Of a DNA stretch of 64,000 nt, positions 52,685 to 61,880 are shown one piece after another (position 1 is the stretch's first letter; each line of letters begins with the position of its first letter). Both the position numbers and the translations under genes were made by a program. Source of the DNA: a virus (taxonomy: Duplodnaviria; Caudoviricetes); the IMG/VR virus record IMGVR_UViG_3300045996_000936, positions 523 through 64,522 of that record, one strand, 5' to 3'. The notes below the pieces were generated by a model, which did no database searches, had not been told where the DNA came from, and saw nothing but the letters and a program-made list of their open reading frames with translations.

Positions 52685-53794
52685 CTATTCGATGTCGGTG
52701 ATGACGCCCATCGCCTTCGGATCGGTCGGAACAGGGAAGCCAGTCCCCCATCCTTCACCCTCGATCCGAGGAGGCTTGGAATCGTCGATCACGCGAGTCT
52801 TCAGGACGCGACCCGGCTTGTTCTGGCCGGATGGAGTGCCGATGCTGAAGTAGCCCAGGGTGTTGGGAACGTTGAACACGTTCTCGTCGCCCAGGTCCAG
52901 GTTCTCGTCGCGGCCAGTGGTCGCAGCAAAGAACATGACGTCGCGAGCCAGGTAAGGGGTCGTGCCACCTTCCTGATCACGCCATCGAGCATCGTAGATC
53001 TCGATCGGAGGCAGCTCGTCCTCGGCCAGAGCCGCGTTGAGTGCCGCAGTCGAGAGGATCCCAGGAACGCCGACGGCAGTTCCCGCAGCCACGCTGATAC
53101 GACCGATGCGCTGCCGCATCTTCTCGTTCCGCTTCAGCTTGCTCAGAACCGGCGTGCCGGTGATGATCCGGTTGACCGTGTACCCTTCGTCCGCCATCAA
53201 CTGGATCATCGCCGTGATGTCGTCGTAAGGGTCGTAGGTGTCGTCGGACCAGGCATCGCCAGCCGCCACGCGGTGACCATCTGGGTTCTCGAACTCGACG
53301 GTCTCCTCGTAGTTGTTGTCGCCGATTCGGATCACCTGGCAGTCGATCATGGCCTGCCATCGCTGGATCTCGTTGCGGATTAGCAACGGACGCAGGATCG
53401 CTCGGTCGACCCAGCTCAGGAGAGCGTTGACACCGGCCAGAGGGACTCCGGCCGCACCAGCCCGAGCCAGGATACGAAGCAGAGCATCGTAGTCCTCACC
53501 CTTGAAGTGCGCACCGATGTCGGTGTTCCCCAGTTCGACGTCCATGCTGAACGCCTGGGCGCTACCCTTGATCTGCACCGGAGAATGCCGAGCAGCATCA
53601 TTCGCAGCGACCACCCGAATCTGAACACCTTCCTCGCGGAACTTGTTACTGATGTCGGGACGGGTCTTCTCTGGGAGCAGAGTTGCCCCCAGGAACCGGG
53701 CGGTCTTCGGACCGAACTGGGCCAGAGGGTTGCTCAGCAGCTGGGTGATCTGGCCTTCAGCCTGCAGCTGGTCTAGGAGGGTTCTAATATCCAT
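52685..53794 (-). CDS. Major capsid protein (phage capsid E-like)
   Basis: 369 aa; FLGATLLPE, RNEIQRWQA, WSDDTYDPYDDI, LPPIEIYD, GFPVP; follows scaffold and decoration genes. Confidence 0.9.
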   Translation of the reverse strand: MDIRTLLDQLQAEGQITQLLSNPLAQFGPKTARFLGATLLPEKTRPDISNKFREEGVQIRVVAANDAARHSPVQIKGSAQAFSMDVELGNTDIGAHFKGEDYDALLRILARAGAAGVPLAGVNALLSWVDRAILRPLLIRNEIQRWQAMIDCQVIRIGDNNYEETVEFENPDGHRVAAGDAWSDDTYDPYDDITAMIQLMADEGYTVNRIITGTPVLSKLKRNEKMRQRIGRISVAAGTAVGVPGILSTAALNAALAEDELPPIEIYDARWRDQEGGTTPYLARDVMFFAATTGRDENLDLGDENVFNVPNTLGYFSIGTPSGQNKPGRVLKTRVIDDSKPPRIEGEGWGTGFPVPTDPKAMGVITDIE

Positions 53795-53800
53795 AATTGG

Positions 53801-54733
53801 TTACTTAACCCCCACAATGCACTGGTAGAGCTCTCGGATTTTGGTCTTCAGCCCACTCGCCATAGAGGTCCATCCTGGGAGGTAGTTCTCCTTCACCAAG
53901 GAAGTGTGCCGGTACGCGACGCCGTCCGCGTTGGAGTTGACGTCGGATACCTCGTCCGCTAGGAGATAGATCTCGAAGTCGGTGTCGACTGCCGGACCGA
54001 ACGGACTCTTGGAAGTCCGCTCTGCCTCTGAACGCCCGATCGGCGTGCCGGAAGGAATGCTCTTCAGGGTGGTGTCAGCGCCAGCGTACGTTGCCGTCGC
54101 CGCCGCAGGAACCTGCTTCGTCAGAGCTGCCGTGGTCAGCGAAGTAGCGCCAGTAATGGCACCAGCTGCCAGCTTCACCAGGACACCGTTGCCGAAGTCC
54201 AGGATCTTGCCATTCGGGATCGGTCCGGACAAGGCGTTCACTGCGAGTGAGGTGTCGCCCACGTCACCCGCAATCGCCGTGACGATCGTAACGGAGGGAG
54301 CGGTCCCACCGGTTAGTGACGGGGTCGCAGTCAGAGCCGCCACGTCCGTTCCTTCCAGAGAGCCTCCGAACTCGACCACGAACGCCGGGTTTGCTCCGCC
54401 CACGTGGACATCGCCTGGAGCCAGATTGCTCAGAGCCTCCAGCGCAGCCTGAACGGCAGCAGCGTCCGCGTTCCAAGCGATCGCAGCAGTCGTCTGGCCG
54501 GAATACGTCAGGGTGAACGTACCGCCAGTAGGGATACCGGTAATGGTAACCTGCTGGACTTCGTTCGTCCCCTGGTCGCCTGCAGCGGACGCAGTGACGA
54601 TTACCGCGTCCGGCTTATTGAATGCGTCCGGATCGAGGCGGATCGGGAACGCGAACAAATGCTCGCGCCCTCCGAAGTCCCCCATCCAGACGGGTGGAGT
54701 CTTACGAACTCCACTCCACTGTACTTTCGCCAT
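53801..54733 (-). CDS. Head decoration protein with an inserted beta-rich module
   Basis: IPSGTPIGR...YLLA...VKENYLP; internal NEVQQVTI..TGGTFTLTY.GQTT..IAWNA....VQAALEAL. Confidence 0.75.
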   Translation of the reverse strand: MAKVQWSGVRKTPPVWMGDFGGREHLFAFPIRLDPDAFNKPDAVIVTASAAGDQGTNEVQQVTITGIPTGGTFTLTYSGQTTAAIAWNADAAAVQAALEALSNLAPGDVHVGGANPAFVVEFGGSLEGTDVAALTATPSLTGGTAPSVTIVTAIAGDVGDTSLAVNALSGPIPNGKILDFGNGVLVKLAAGAITGATSLTTAALTKQVPAAATATYAGADTTLKSIPSGTPIGRSEAERTSKSPFGPAVDTDFEIYLLADEVSDVNSNADGVAYRHTSLVKENYLPGWTSMASGLKTKIRELYQCIVGVK

Positions 54734-54780
54734 TGTTCGTCCTTGTCCGGTCCTTCAACTGCTCAGCTGGATTGCTAAGC

Positions 54781-55458
54781 TTACTTCAGGTCCGGTGCCT
54801 CGTATGTCGCCTTCATATAAGCGTTGGCTGCATCAGAAGGCTTTGCGCTGGAACCTTGTCCGCCTTGAAGATTCGGAGCCTTGTCCAGATTCTTCAGCCG
54901 AGCAGCAAGACCACGAGACTTTTCCACCCAGACCATTCGCTCGTCGAGGTTATTGGAGCCGGGATCGAGGTCCCGGAGTTCCTTCGGCCAGTCCTTGATC
55001 TCGCCTTCGATGAGGGTATTGATCCGACCGGCGTACTTCTCGGCACGCGCTGCCACAGGCTTATGCTTCTCGTCGATCTCCTGCTGAAGAGCGTCCGCTC
55101 TCGCCTTCTCACTCTTGTATAGCGACTCGAACTCACCCTTAGCCTCATCGGCCTTGCGCTGAGCTTCCGCCTTCTCGCGATCTGCTTCGGCTTGCAGAGT
55201 TTCCTTGACGGTCTTGGTAACCGTCTCGGTGGCCGTCTTCCGCACCTCTCCCATGATGCGGTCGATCTCCTTCTGCTGATCCGGAGTCCACTCGATCTTC
55301 TTGGGTCCACCTCCGTTAGGGTCGGAGTTACCCTCTCCCGGCTTCGGGTCCGTTTTATTACCGGGGTCGTCTCCCGTATTACCCGAAGCACCACCGCCCG
55401 GAGGATCGCCTTCTGGAGAGAAGAAGACTCCGCCTTCGAGCAGTCGCAGGATATTCAT
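54781..55458 (-). CDS. Capsid scaffolding protein
   Basis: G/D/P-rich N-terminus, WTPDQQKEIDRI, charged coiled coil. Confidence 0.85.
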   Translation of the reverse strand: MNILRLLEGGVFFSPEGDPPGGGASGNTGDDPGNKTDPKPGEGNSDPNGGGPKKIEWTPDQQKEIDRIMGEVRKTATETVTKTVKETLQAEADREKAEAQRKADEAKGEFESLYKSEKARADALQQEIDEKHKPVAARAEKYAGRINTLIEGEIKDWPKELRDLDPGSNNLDERMVWVEKSRGLAARLKNLDKAPNLQGGQGSSAKPSDAANAYMKATYEAPDLK

Positions 55459-55519
55459 CTGATGCAGTCCCTCACGACCATTTTGACATCGAGCTTAGGT
55501 CGCCTCAGCTCGAATACTT

Positions 55520-56161
55520 CTACCCAGCGACGAGATCCTTCAAGAGGACTTCGCTCTGGGCAGGAATAGTAATCTCCTCGTAGATGCCGTTACCCGGCGC
55601 GTCCACGAGATACTTCGCTCCCTGGGCCAGTTCAACGGTCCAGGTGCCGTCAGGTCCGGCGTAAATCGTGTAAGGTTCCGTTCCGATGAATCCTCCTCCC
55701 GTCTCGTGAGGAGCTTCCACCAACGTGAAGGTCACTGGCCGATATGGCGCAGGCTTAATTCCAGAAGCAGTCCACTCCGCGCTGGAAAGGAGGCATCCGT
55801 TCTCGTAGGTGGGGATCCATTTCCCCCAGAGACCTCCACCGTGAATCCCGACCAGGTAGTTGTCCACTGCGGACAGGAAGGAGGGCGGAACGTCCAGAGC
55901 GATCGGGAAGGAGGTAATGAAGTTGCTCCCTCCGTCCACGCTGACCTCCACATAACCTGTAGTGAAATCATCCCCTAGGGTTACTCCGCCGTCGATGCGG
56001 TAAGTGCCTGGAGTCCGAGTCTCGACCACGCTTCCCGCACCAGCAATTGTATCCTCCAGAATCGTCTCATCGGACATACTCCTAATGCCGTAGACGATCG
56101 AAGCGGCGACGCCTGCATGTCCAGGTCCCAGAGGAAGCATCAACGGAAATTGGTATGGCAT
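55520..56161 (-). CDS. Hypothetical virion-associated protein
   Basis: 213 aa, beta-rich, in the head module. Confidence 0.6.
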   Translation of the reverse strand: MPYQFPLMLPLGPGHAGVAASIVYGIRSMSDETILEDTIAGAGSVVETRTPGTYRIDGGVTLGDDFTTGYVEVSVDGGSNFITSFPIALDVPPSFLSAVDNYLVGIHGGGLWGKWIPTYENGCLLSSAEWTASGIKPAPYRPVTFTLVEAPHETGGGFIGTEPYTIYAGPDGTWTVELAQGAKYLVDAPGNGIYEEITIPAQSEVLLKDLVAG

Positions 56162-56171
56162 ATTTGTTCCT

Positions 56172-56786
56172 CTAACCGGACGTAACCGTCTCCCAGGCTG
56201 TGGTTCCAGCCAGCTGGAGCTTTCCGAGTGTGGAATTCCAGATCACGGAACCCTTAGGAATCAGGGCGTAGTTTCCTCCAGCGAGAGCATCCCGCTGGGT
56301 AGTGGTTAGCGTAGGCCAAGGCTTGCTGACCTTCACCCCGCCCGAGGAGAGAACCTCGAACGCCAGGTAACTGGTGGTACTCCCCGTCGGTATGTTCCCG
56401 CCCACCACCAGCGGGTTACCGCTAGAGCAGAGGTAGGAGTAGTAAGCTCCTCCTACTCCCGTATTGAGAACGTGAACGAGAGTAGATCCCTGGTAGAAAG
56501 CCGTCTGGAAGTTGAGAGGAACCGTGTTCCTTCCGAAGCGTACTGTCGCCACGGACGTTCCGGCGAGCATGTCCGGGAAGTCAATCTCCAGCCGAGCGAT
56601 AATGTCCGCTCCGGCGCGGTAGACCATAATCCTGCTGGGGTTGTTCCCTTGCAGCGCCAGGTTACCCATCCGCACACGCGGCTGATTGGTAGGAATCTCC
56701 CAGGGATCCGCCTCACCATAGATAGCGAGAGGAACCATATCCTGCAACCGGTTAGCAACGGGAGGTAGCGGAGTATTCAGGAACAC
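56172..56786 (-). CDS. Hypothetical fibre-like protein
   Basis: C-terminal PTLTTTQRDAL...GSVIWNSTLGKLQ...W motif typical of fibre repeats. Confidence 0.65.
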   Translation of the reverse strand: MFLNTPLPPVANRLQDMVPLAIYGEADPWEIPTNQPRVRMGNLALQGNNPSRIMVYRAGADIIARLEIDFPDMLAGTSVATVRFGRNTVPLNFQTAFYQGSTLVHVLNTGVGGAYYSYLCSSGNPLVVGGNIPTGSTTSYLAFEVLSSGGVKVSKPWPTLTTTQRDALAGGNYALIPKGSVIWNSTLGKLQLAGTTAWETVTSG

Positions 56787-57049
56787 TAGGATTCCTCCGG
56801 AGCCTGCTCAACCGGCTCAGGCACGAGTATCAAGCGATCTCTCTCAGCCTCAATTCGACGCAGGGATTCCAGGGCATGCTGGTAGGAGAACTTCGCTACC
56901 GGATCCTGAGGAGTGGTCTGAAGCTGGATCCATCTCTGGAGGCAAGTAACTTCCAGCTGTGAAAGCGCAGGCTGGAAGACCTGTACGATCTCCATAGGGT
57001 CGAGGTAGACCCGCTCTATTCTCTCTACCTGCAGTTCCGGATCAATCAT
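56786..57049 (-). CDS. Hypothetical protein
   Basis: 87 aa, coupled on both sides. Confidence 0.6.
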   Translation of the reverse strand: MIDPELQVERIERVYLDPMEIVQVFQPALSQLEVTCLQRWIQLQTTPQDPVAKFSYQHALESLRRIEAERDRLILVPEPVEQAPEES

Positions 57050-58068
57050 TCCCAGTCTCCCAGCATTAGAACCTCTGCGGCGTAGACCTTGGTCTCGCCG
57101 GAAATCTGTTCGTTGTAGTAGAGAATCCTACCGAAGTTTTTATCCCAGACCGCGCCGGGGTAAGCCGTGTCACCAGTTGGAGATCTCGCAATTTCCAAGA
57201 CTTCGGTCAACGTCGCCTGTTCGATATCAAGGAAGGACACGCTCGTGCGGCTGGGACTATAATAGCGTCCGCAGACGACCACGCGGCCATCTTCCATCCG
57301 AACCGTCACCGGGCAAGCGTGCCTTATTCCGAGATCCTGTGAGGTCCAGCTCACATACGGATGCGGAGCGGAGACCAGCAGAGCGGTAGTCGGGTGTCCC
57401 AGGCCACCGCTATCTCGACGAACGAGGATATGCATCGTCTCGTCGTCATCCCAAATCATGTCGACTTCGTTCGGGTAGTAACCGTAGACAGGGTAGGAGA
57501 CCGGACGCCAGGTGTAACCCCAGTCATCGCTGGCGTACAGCCGGATGAAGCCGTTCGCCGGGTCCACCGCATACCCGACCGCGTAGAGCACGCTTCCACG
57601 CTGCCGCACTCTCCAGATCCAAACGTTAGGATCTCCGATAGAATACTGAGCGTCCCAGTTGATTCCGTCTCTGGAACGCCAGAGCACGCTCTGATGTGTG
57701 ACCGAAGCAGGGGATTCGGTGTACTCAACACCGGCCAGGAGTAGCTCGTTCTCCAGTGGGATGAGGTGTCCGTCCCTCAGGCCGTGCGGAGTTCGGGAGG
57801 TGAACGTTGAGGTAACCTCCCAGTCTCGGAAGTTCGCACTCCGCATTACCTTCGTAATGTGGTCCGGGCTGGCATGCAGCGTACCTTGGCTGAAGCAACC
57901 CCAGAACTCGTCGTTCCATTCCACCGCGTCCACGAAAGCGTTATGTGGCGCGTCGTTGGGTCCAGCCTCTGCTCTACGCAAAATGCGAGGCACTGGCCGA
58001 CCTTGACGCCTCGGAGGAACGTTCGTCTGTCCGAGGTTCGGAGCTAGTGGAGAAGCGAGTCTCTGCAT
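57046..58068 (-). CDS. BNR/Asp-box beta-propeller (sialidase-like) protein
   Basis: RSANFRDW, RSRDGINW, ASDDWGYTW, LRDGHL, PNE, GDTAYPG. Confidence 0.82.
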   Translation of the reverse strand: MQRLASPLAPNLGQTNVPPRRQGRPVPRILRRAEAGPNDAPHNAFVDAVEWNDEFWGCFSQGTLHASPDHITKVMRSANFRDWEVTSTFTSRTPHGLRDGHLIPLENELLLAGVEYTESPASVTHQSVLWRSRDGINWDAQYSIGDPNVWIWRVRQRGSVLYAVGYAVDPANGFIRLYASDDWGYTWRPVSYPVYGYYPNEVDMIWDDDETMHILVRRDSGGLGHPTTALLVSAPHPYVSWTSQDLGIRHACPVTVRMEDGRVVVCGRYYSPSRTSVSFLDIEQATLTEVLEIARSPTGDTAYPGAVWDKNFGRILYYNEQISGETKVYAAEVLMLGDWE

Positions 58069-58069
58069 G

Positions 58070-58429
58070 CTACTGACCGGGCTGCTCCTGGAGCTTGCAG
58101 GTCGCAGAGACCTGGATAATCTTCAGGATTGCCGTTTCTCCCAGAGAGAGAACAATCGGATCTCGATCCACGGCCAGGTAGTGGCCGTGAGTGGCAGTGG
58201 GAGCGGAGCCGTCCAAGGTATAGCGAGCGGCTGCTCCCGTGCAGCTCAGCGCTATGCAGCTTGCCCCATCCGGCAGTTCAATCGTCTGCGCAGTAAGGAT
58301 AACCCGGTCACTCTTATGAGCACCTACCGGGACAAAGGGTGGAGGTGCAGCCGGCAGAGGGTGCGCTTGATCAACGTATTGACCCCTCCCATTCGGACCA
58401 GGAGGGTCGATTCTGTACTGCGCCAACAT
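58070..58429 (-). CDS. Hypothetical virion protein
   Basis: ARYTLDGSAPTATHG motif. Confidence 0.65.
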   Translation of the reverse strand: MLAQYRIDPPGPNGRGQYVDQAHPLPAAPPPFVPVGAHKSDRVILTAQTIELPDGASCIALSCTGAAARYTLDGSAPTATHGHYLAVDRDPIVLSLGETAILKIIQVSATCKLQEQPGQ

Positions 58430-58463
58430 AGCTTCGAACCTCCAAGTTCCTTCCGAATTGCGA

Positions 58464-59561
58464 TCACTCTCTGGAGGAAAGGACCTCAGATAATGGGACT
58501 CCTAGAGCCTCCGAACCGGGATCATATCTCCCAGCGCGGAGGTCTCCTAGGCTACGTTCCCATCGTGTTGGTCCCCATTCAGCGTCGACTCTGTATGCGA
58601 CTAGGTCAGTTAACCTCAAGGTACCAGTTCGGTACCGGCCTAACTTTTCCCTTCCCAGGACCTTGGCTTGGTCCTCTTCAGAGAGGTTAGCGAACCAATC
58701 CTCGCCATTACCAAGCCTCGGACGCCGGTCAGGGAAGTCAATTCCGAGCTCAGACCAGGGTCGCATGACCGGAACCATAGTACACCTACAGTTCGGGTGG
58801 CTCCCTTGCCTTTCACTCGTCGGGAAGACCCTCCCGTCCAATGCTATGCAGACTACGCACGTACGCAAGGAGCGCGCACTACGCCAGGTCCAACCCTGAA
58901 CGAAGCGATCATTATCCTCGAAAGACTGCCGAGTAGAGTCCCTGTAGGCTCCCAGGACCTCAGTACGGGTGATGGTCCGAGCGCGGCGGAGGGGGATTTC
59001 CAGCTCGGTGGAGACCAGGCGAGCAGTCTCCGCTAGGGGACGACCCTGGACGACCTGAGGGACGAAGATCTGACGTACGCTTTCGACTGCCTCGTCCTTA
59101 AGAGGGGCGATCAACCTCTGGAGAGGAGCACCGTCACTTAGGCGAGCCTGAATCTGCTCCACATTGCTCGGATTGAAGGCGTTCGCGAAGGCTGGGACGG
59201 TTCGACCAGCCGGTACGGGTCCGCGAGCTGCTGCCATCAGGCCGTGCGAAGCGTCCAGAGCTTGTAGAGCTGAGTTATAGACCGCATCCGACGCCGCCCG
59301 CTCGGCGTAGCTCGAAAAGCTCAGGATTTGGCTCTCCACAAGCTGGAGCAGCCCTCCTAGGCGTCCGGCCTGGGCGAACCAGCCCTCTGTGATGATCTGA
59401 CCGGCTCGAACGGCTTTCTCAGCCTGCTCAATGAGAGCGTTGAGCCGGTTGGTGATCACCACAGAGGTGGCTTGGTAGACCTGGATCAGGCCGGACTCGA
59501 CTTCCGCCTCTCTGGAGAGAAGGGCACGCCGGTATTCTTCAATTGCCTCCAGGAGGGTCAT
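58464..59561 (-). CDS. MuF / SPP1 gp7-like minor head protein without a long C-terminal extension
   Basis: RARTITRTE, W.W.SA...TC..CIALDG, HPNCRC. Confidence 0.93.
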   Translation of the reverse strand: MTLLEAIEEYRRALLSREAEVESGLIQVYQATSVVITNRLNALIEQAEKAVRAGQIITEGWFAQAGRLGGLLQLVESQILSFSSYAERAASDAVYNSALQALDASHGLMAAARGPVPAGRTVPAFANAFNPSNVEQIQARLSDGAPLQRLIAPLKDEAVESVRQIFVPQVVQGRPLAETARLVSTELEIPLRRARTITRTEVLGAYRDSTRQSFEDNDRFVQGWTWRSARSLRTCVVCIALDGRVFPTSERQGSHPNCRCTMVPVMRPWSELGIDFPDRRPRLGNGEDWFANLSEEDQAKVLGREKLGRYRTGTLRLTDLVAYRVDAEWGPTRWERSLGDLRAGRYDPGSEALGVPLSEVLSSRE

Positions 59562-59576
59562 GGAAGTCGTCCTCTC

Positions 59577-59978
59577 TTAGAAGATCTGGTCGGTGAGGGA
59601 CTCGACGATCATCTCCAGAGCGCGAGTCGGGGACTCCAGACTAGGGAAGTGGCGCTGCACGTCGAAGACGATCTGGTCGTCGTAGTGGTCTCGGAGCAGG
59701 TCCGCTACCAAGTTCCCTCCCTGCGGCAGGTTGAGACTCTCCTTGATCAGCAGATAGATCGCGCTGCGGATCCACTGCCGGGAGAGATCCGGATTGCGCT
59801 TGGCCGCGTCGAAGTCCAAGTCGGCTTCGAGTCGCGCTTCAACGTCCGGAATCTGCTTCTCCATCAGCTGCTCCAGCTGACGATTCTCGAACTTCTTCAC
59901 CGTCTCAGCGGGGTCTAACCCGAAGCTTGCGAGGATTCCGGTCGCCAGTCCGAGTATTCGAGTTGTCAACGCTTTCAT
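59577..59978 (-). CDS. Hypothetical protein
   Basis: Start MKALTT after AAAGGA. Confidence 0.6.
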   Translation of the reverse strand: MKALTTRILGLATGILASFGLDPAETVKKFENRQLEQLMEKQIPDVEARLEADLDFDAAKRNPDLSRQWIRSAIYLLIKESLNLPQGGNLVADLLRDHYDDQIVFDVQRHFPSLESPTRALEMIVESLTDQIF

Positions 59979-59988
59979 GTCATTCCTT

Positions 59989-60414
59989 TCAGGAGGGTGC
60001 TCCACCCTCGCATATGTATAGCACGCAATCCGGCTTGCCTTCGAACCCATTCCCTCCTAGATGAGGGTCATGAATTGTCATGTAATCCCAGAGGACGTGA
60101 TACCTTCCGTCTACGAGCTTCTTGCCTCGGGTGACGGTATAACCCACCACCGCATGCGGACCTTGCTCCTCTGTGAGTCCGCACAGGATTACCCAGCATC
60201 CGACGGGGTAGGCCGCGTCGTCGTTCGGGTATTTGATGTGGAGTAGACCCTTTCCTCGACTTCTCAGCCAGTCGGATAACCTCTCCAGCCAGTCGCGAGC
60301 GTCTCCCTCAATCGGTCGGACGAAATTCGGCACCTCGTCGAGGTCGATCTCCAGTATGGAGGCTACGCAGGCCGATAGGCAGTCGTCCTTGGCTTTCTGA
60401 TGAACCGGGTTCAC
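59989..60414 (-). CDS. Papain-fold / C39-like cysteine peptidase-like protein
   Basis: Q....DCLSACVAS (Cys), PHAVVG (His), IHDP (Asp). Confidence 0.6.
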   Translation of the reverse strand: MNPVHQKAKDDCLSACVASILEIDLDEVPNFVRPIEGDARDWLERLSDWLRSRGKGLLHIKYPNDDAAYPVGCWVILCGLTEEQGPHAVVGYTVTRGKKLVDGRYHVLWDYMTIHDPHLGGNGFEGKPDCVLYICEGGAPS

Positions 60415-61880
60415 TTGTTACCACCTCCTGGCTTTGGCTGAGGAGTTCCAGGCTTCGCCGGACCGGCTCCTCCGCTCGCTCCGGGTAATCCCGGTCCCTT
60501 ACCAGGCATTCCCGTGCCAATGCCTAGGCCGCGAGCCATCATCGTCTCCTGACGATCCATCGCTTCGTCTAGCGCGGCGTCCTTCTCCTTCTTGTTCTTC
60601 TCGATGTCCTCGTCCGACATGCCGATCATACGGAGCGCCATCTCTGGAGAGAGGAGATCCTTCAAGTTCATCACGATGATGCTGCGAGTCAGCATGTCGC
60701 GGCGATCCGGAGGAGCGAACAATGAGGAGACCAGCGCGTTCTCGGCATCCTCTGGAAGAGACTCCCCTCCGAAGACGTTGTTCAGGACGATTACCATTCG
60801 CCCCATCCGGGTGTAGGAATCCTTCATCCGGTTGATTTGCCGGGTAGCTTTGCCCACTGCGGGTTGTTCCGCTCGCAGCAGAGCTTCCCCACTCGGCCAG
60901 TCGCCGCCGGTAATCATGTAGTGCGGGGTTGAGGTGATCTGGGCGAATCGCTGGAGCTTCGTGTTATAGATGGAGAGGAGTCCAGCCGGATCTCCTGCAG
61001 GAATATGCCCGAAGCTAGCCTCCTTGTTCTTACTCCGCCAGAGCTTCCCTGCGCCGACGGACATCTTTGTTTCCTCGTCCACTCCGGTTGCGGTGTAGAT
61101 CTGGAATGCGCCCATCCGAGCGGCAGCGGACATGTCCCATTGTAGGCCGGTCAGCTGATTCTGCAGTCCGAGAACGTTGATCAGTTCGCTGGTGCCGTAG
61201 TTCTTCTTGTCTCGGCCTGCGTTCCCGAAGTGGACCACAGGCAGGCCGATGGGGGAGCCGTCCTTCTTCTTCCAAGGGACTGGCCACTGGCCTTCGTCTT
61301 CCTCCAGGATGTCATGCACCCACTCGGCTCCGGTAGTGTTCGCTCCTCCCTTCCAGCGTTCAATGCGGTCCGGCCAGTAGATGGTGCGTCGGGAAAGGTC
61401 GTCGTCTCCCATCCAGTCCTTCACGGCATACTTAGGGCGGTCGTTCTGGTCGTAGCAGACGAACATACCGCAAGAACCGTCGTACCAAGGCTCCTGCTGC
61501 ATCTCGGCGCGTCCGCTCTCTTCGTTCCAGGAGACGATGGCCGCGAAGTTCCCGTCTCGCAAGGCGTCGTAGTGAATGCTACCGCTCCGGTCTCGCAAAC
61601 GAGAAGTGGTCATGAACTCGTTGAGCTTCTTGGCAACTCCGTCGTTCGGGCACTTCCAGCCCTCGAATTCCAGCCGGTTACCCGCCTCCGCTACGACGGT
61701 GTGGCAGGCGTTGTCAACGAAGTTCTCGCCCCAGAGACCCGCGAGAATCTCCTTCATCCCCTCTGTGAGTAGGAATTCCTGCTCCCCGTCGGCGAAGAGA
61801 CGGTACTTCTTAACCGCCATCCAGGTCTTACGCTGACGCCAGCGGTCCTTATGTATCTGATCATGGATGGAGTCGGCCAT
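60411..61880 (-). CDS. Portal protein (SPP1-like)
   Basis: 489 aa after TerL; NAC..VV..., PVVHF.N, YGTSEL, SGEAL. Confidence 0.92.
   Translation of the reverse strand: MADSIHDQIHKDRWRQRKTWMAVKKYRLFADGEQEFLLTEGMKEILAGLWGENFVDNACHTVVAEAGNRLEFEGWKCPNDGVAKKLNEFMTTSRLRDRSGSIHYDALRDGNFAAIVSWNEESGRAEMQQEPWYDGSCGMFVCYDQNDRPKYAVKDWMGDDDLSRRTIYWPDRIERWKGGANTTGAEWVHDILEEDEGQWPVPWKKKDGSPIGLPVVHFGNAGRDKKNYGTSELINVLGLQNQLTGLQWDMSAAARMGAFQIYTATGVDEETKMSVGAGKLWRSKNKEASFGHIPAGDPAGLLSIYNTKLQRFAQITSTPHYMITGGDWPSGEALLRAEQPAVGKATRQINRMKDSYTRMGRMVIVLNNVFGGESLPEDAENALVSSLFAPPDRRDMLTRSIIVMNLKDLLSPEMALRMIGMSDEDIEKNKKEKDAALDEAMDRQETMMARGLGIGTGMPGKGPGLPGASGGAGPAKPGTPQPKPGGGNK

Noticed and set aside
55490-55525. Class II promoter upstream of the scaffold gene (CGACCTAAG), and a similar site near 63655
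   Set aside because: Only a partial -10 match and no AGG at the conserved spacing.
59577-60050. ORF-track start MGSKAS as a fifth MGSRG-type leader
   Set aside because: It does not match MGSRG, overlaps the upstream gene, and the RBS-supported start is MKALTT at 59978.
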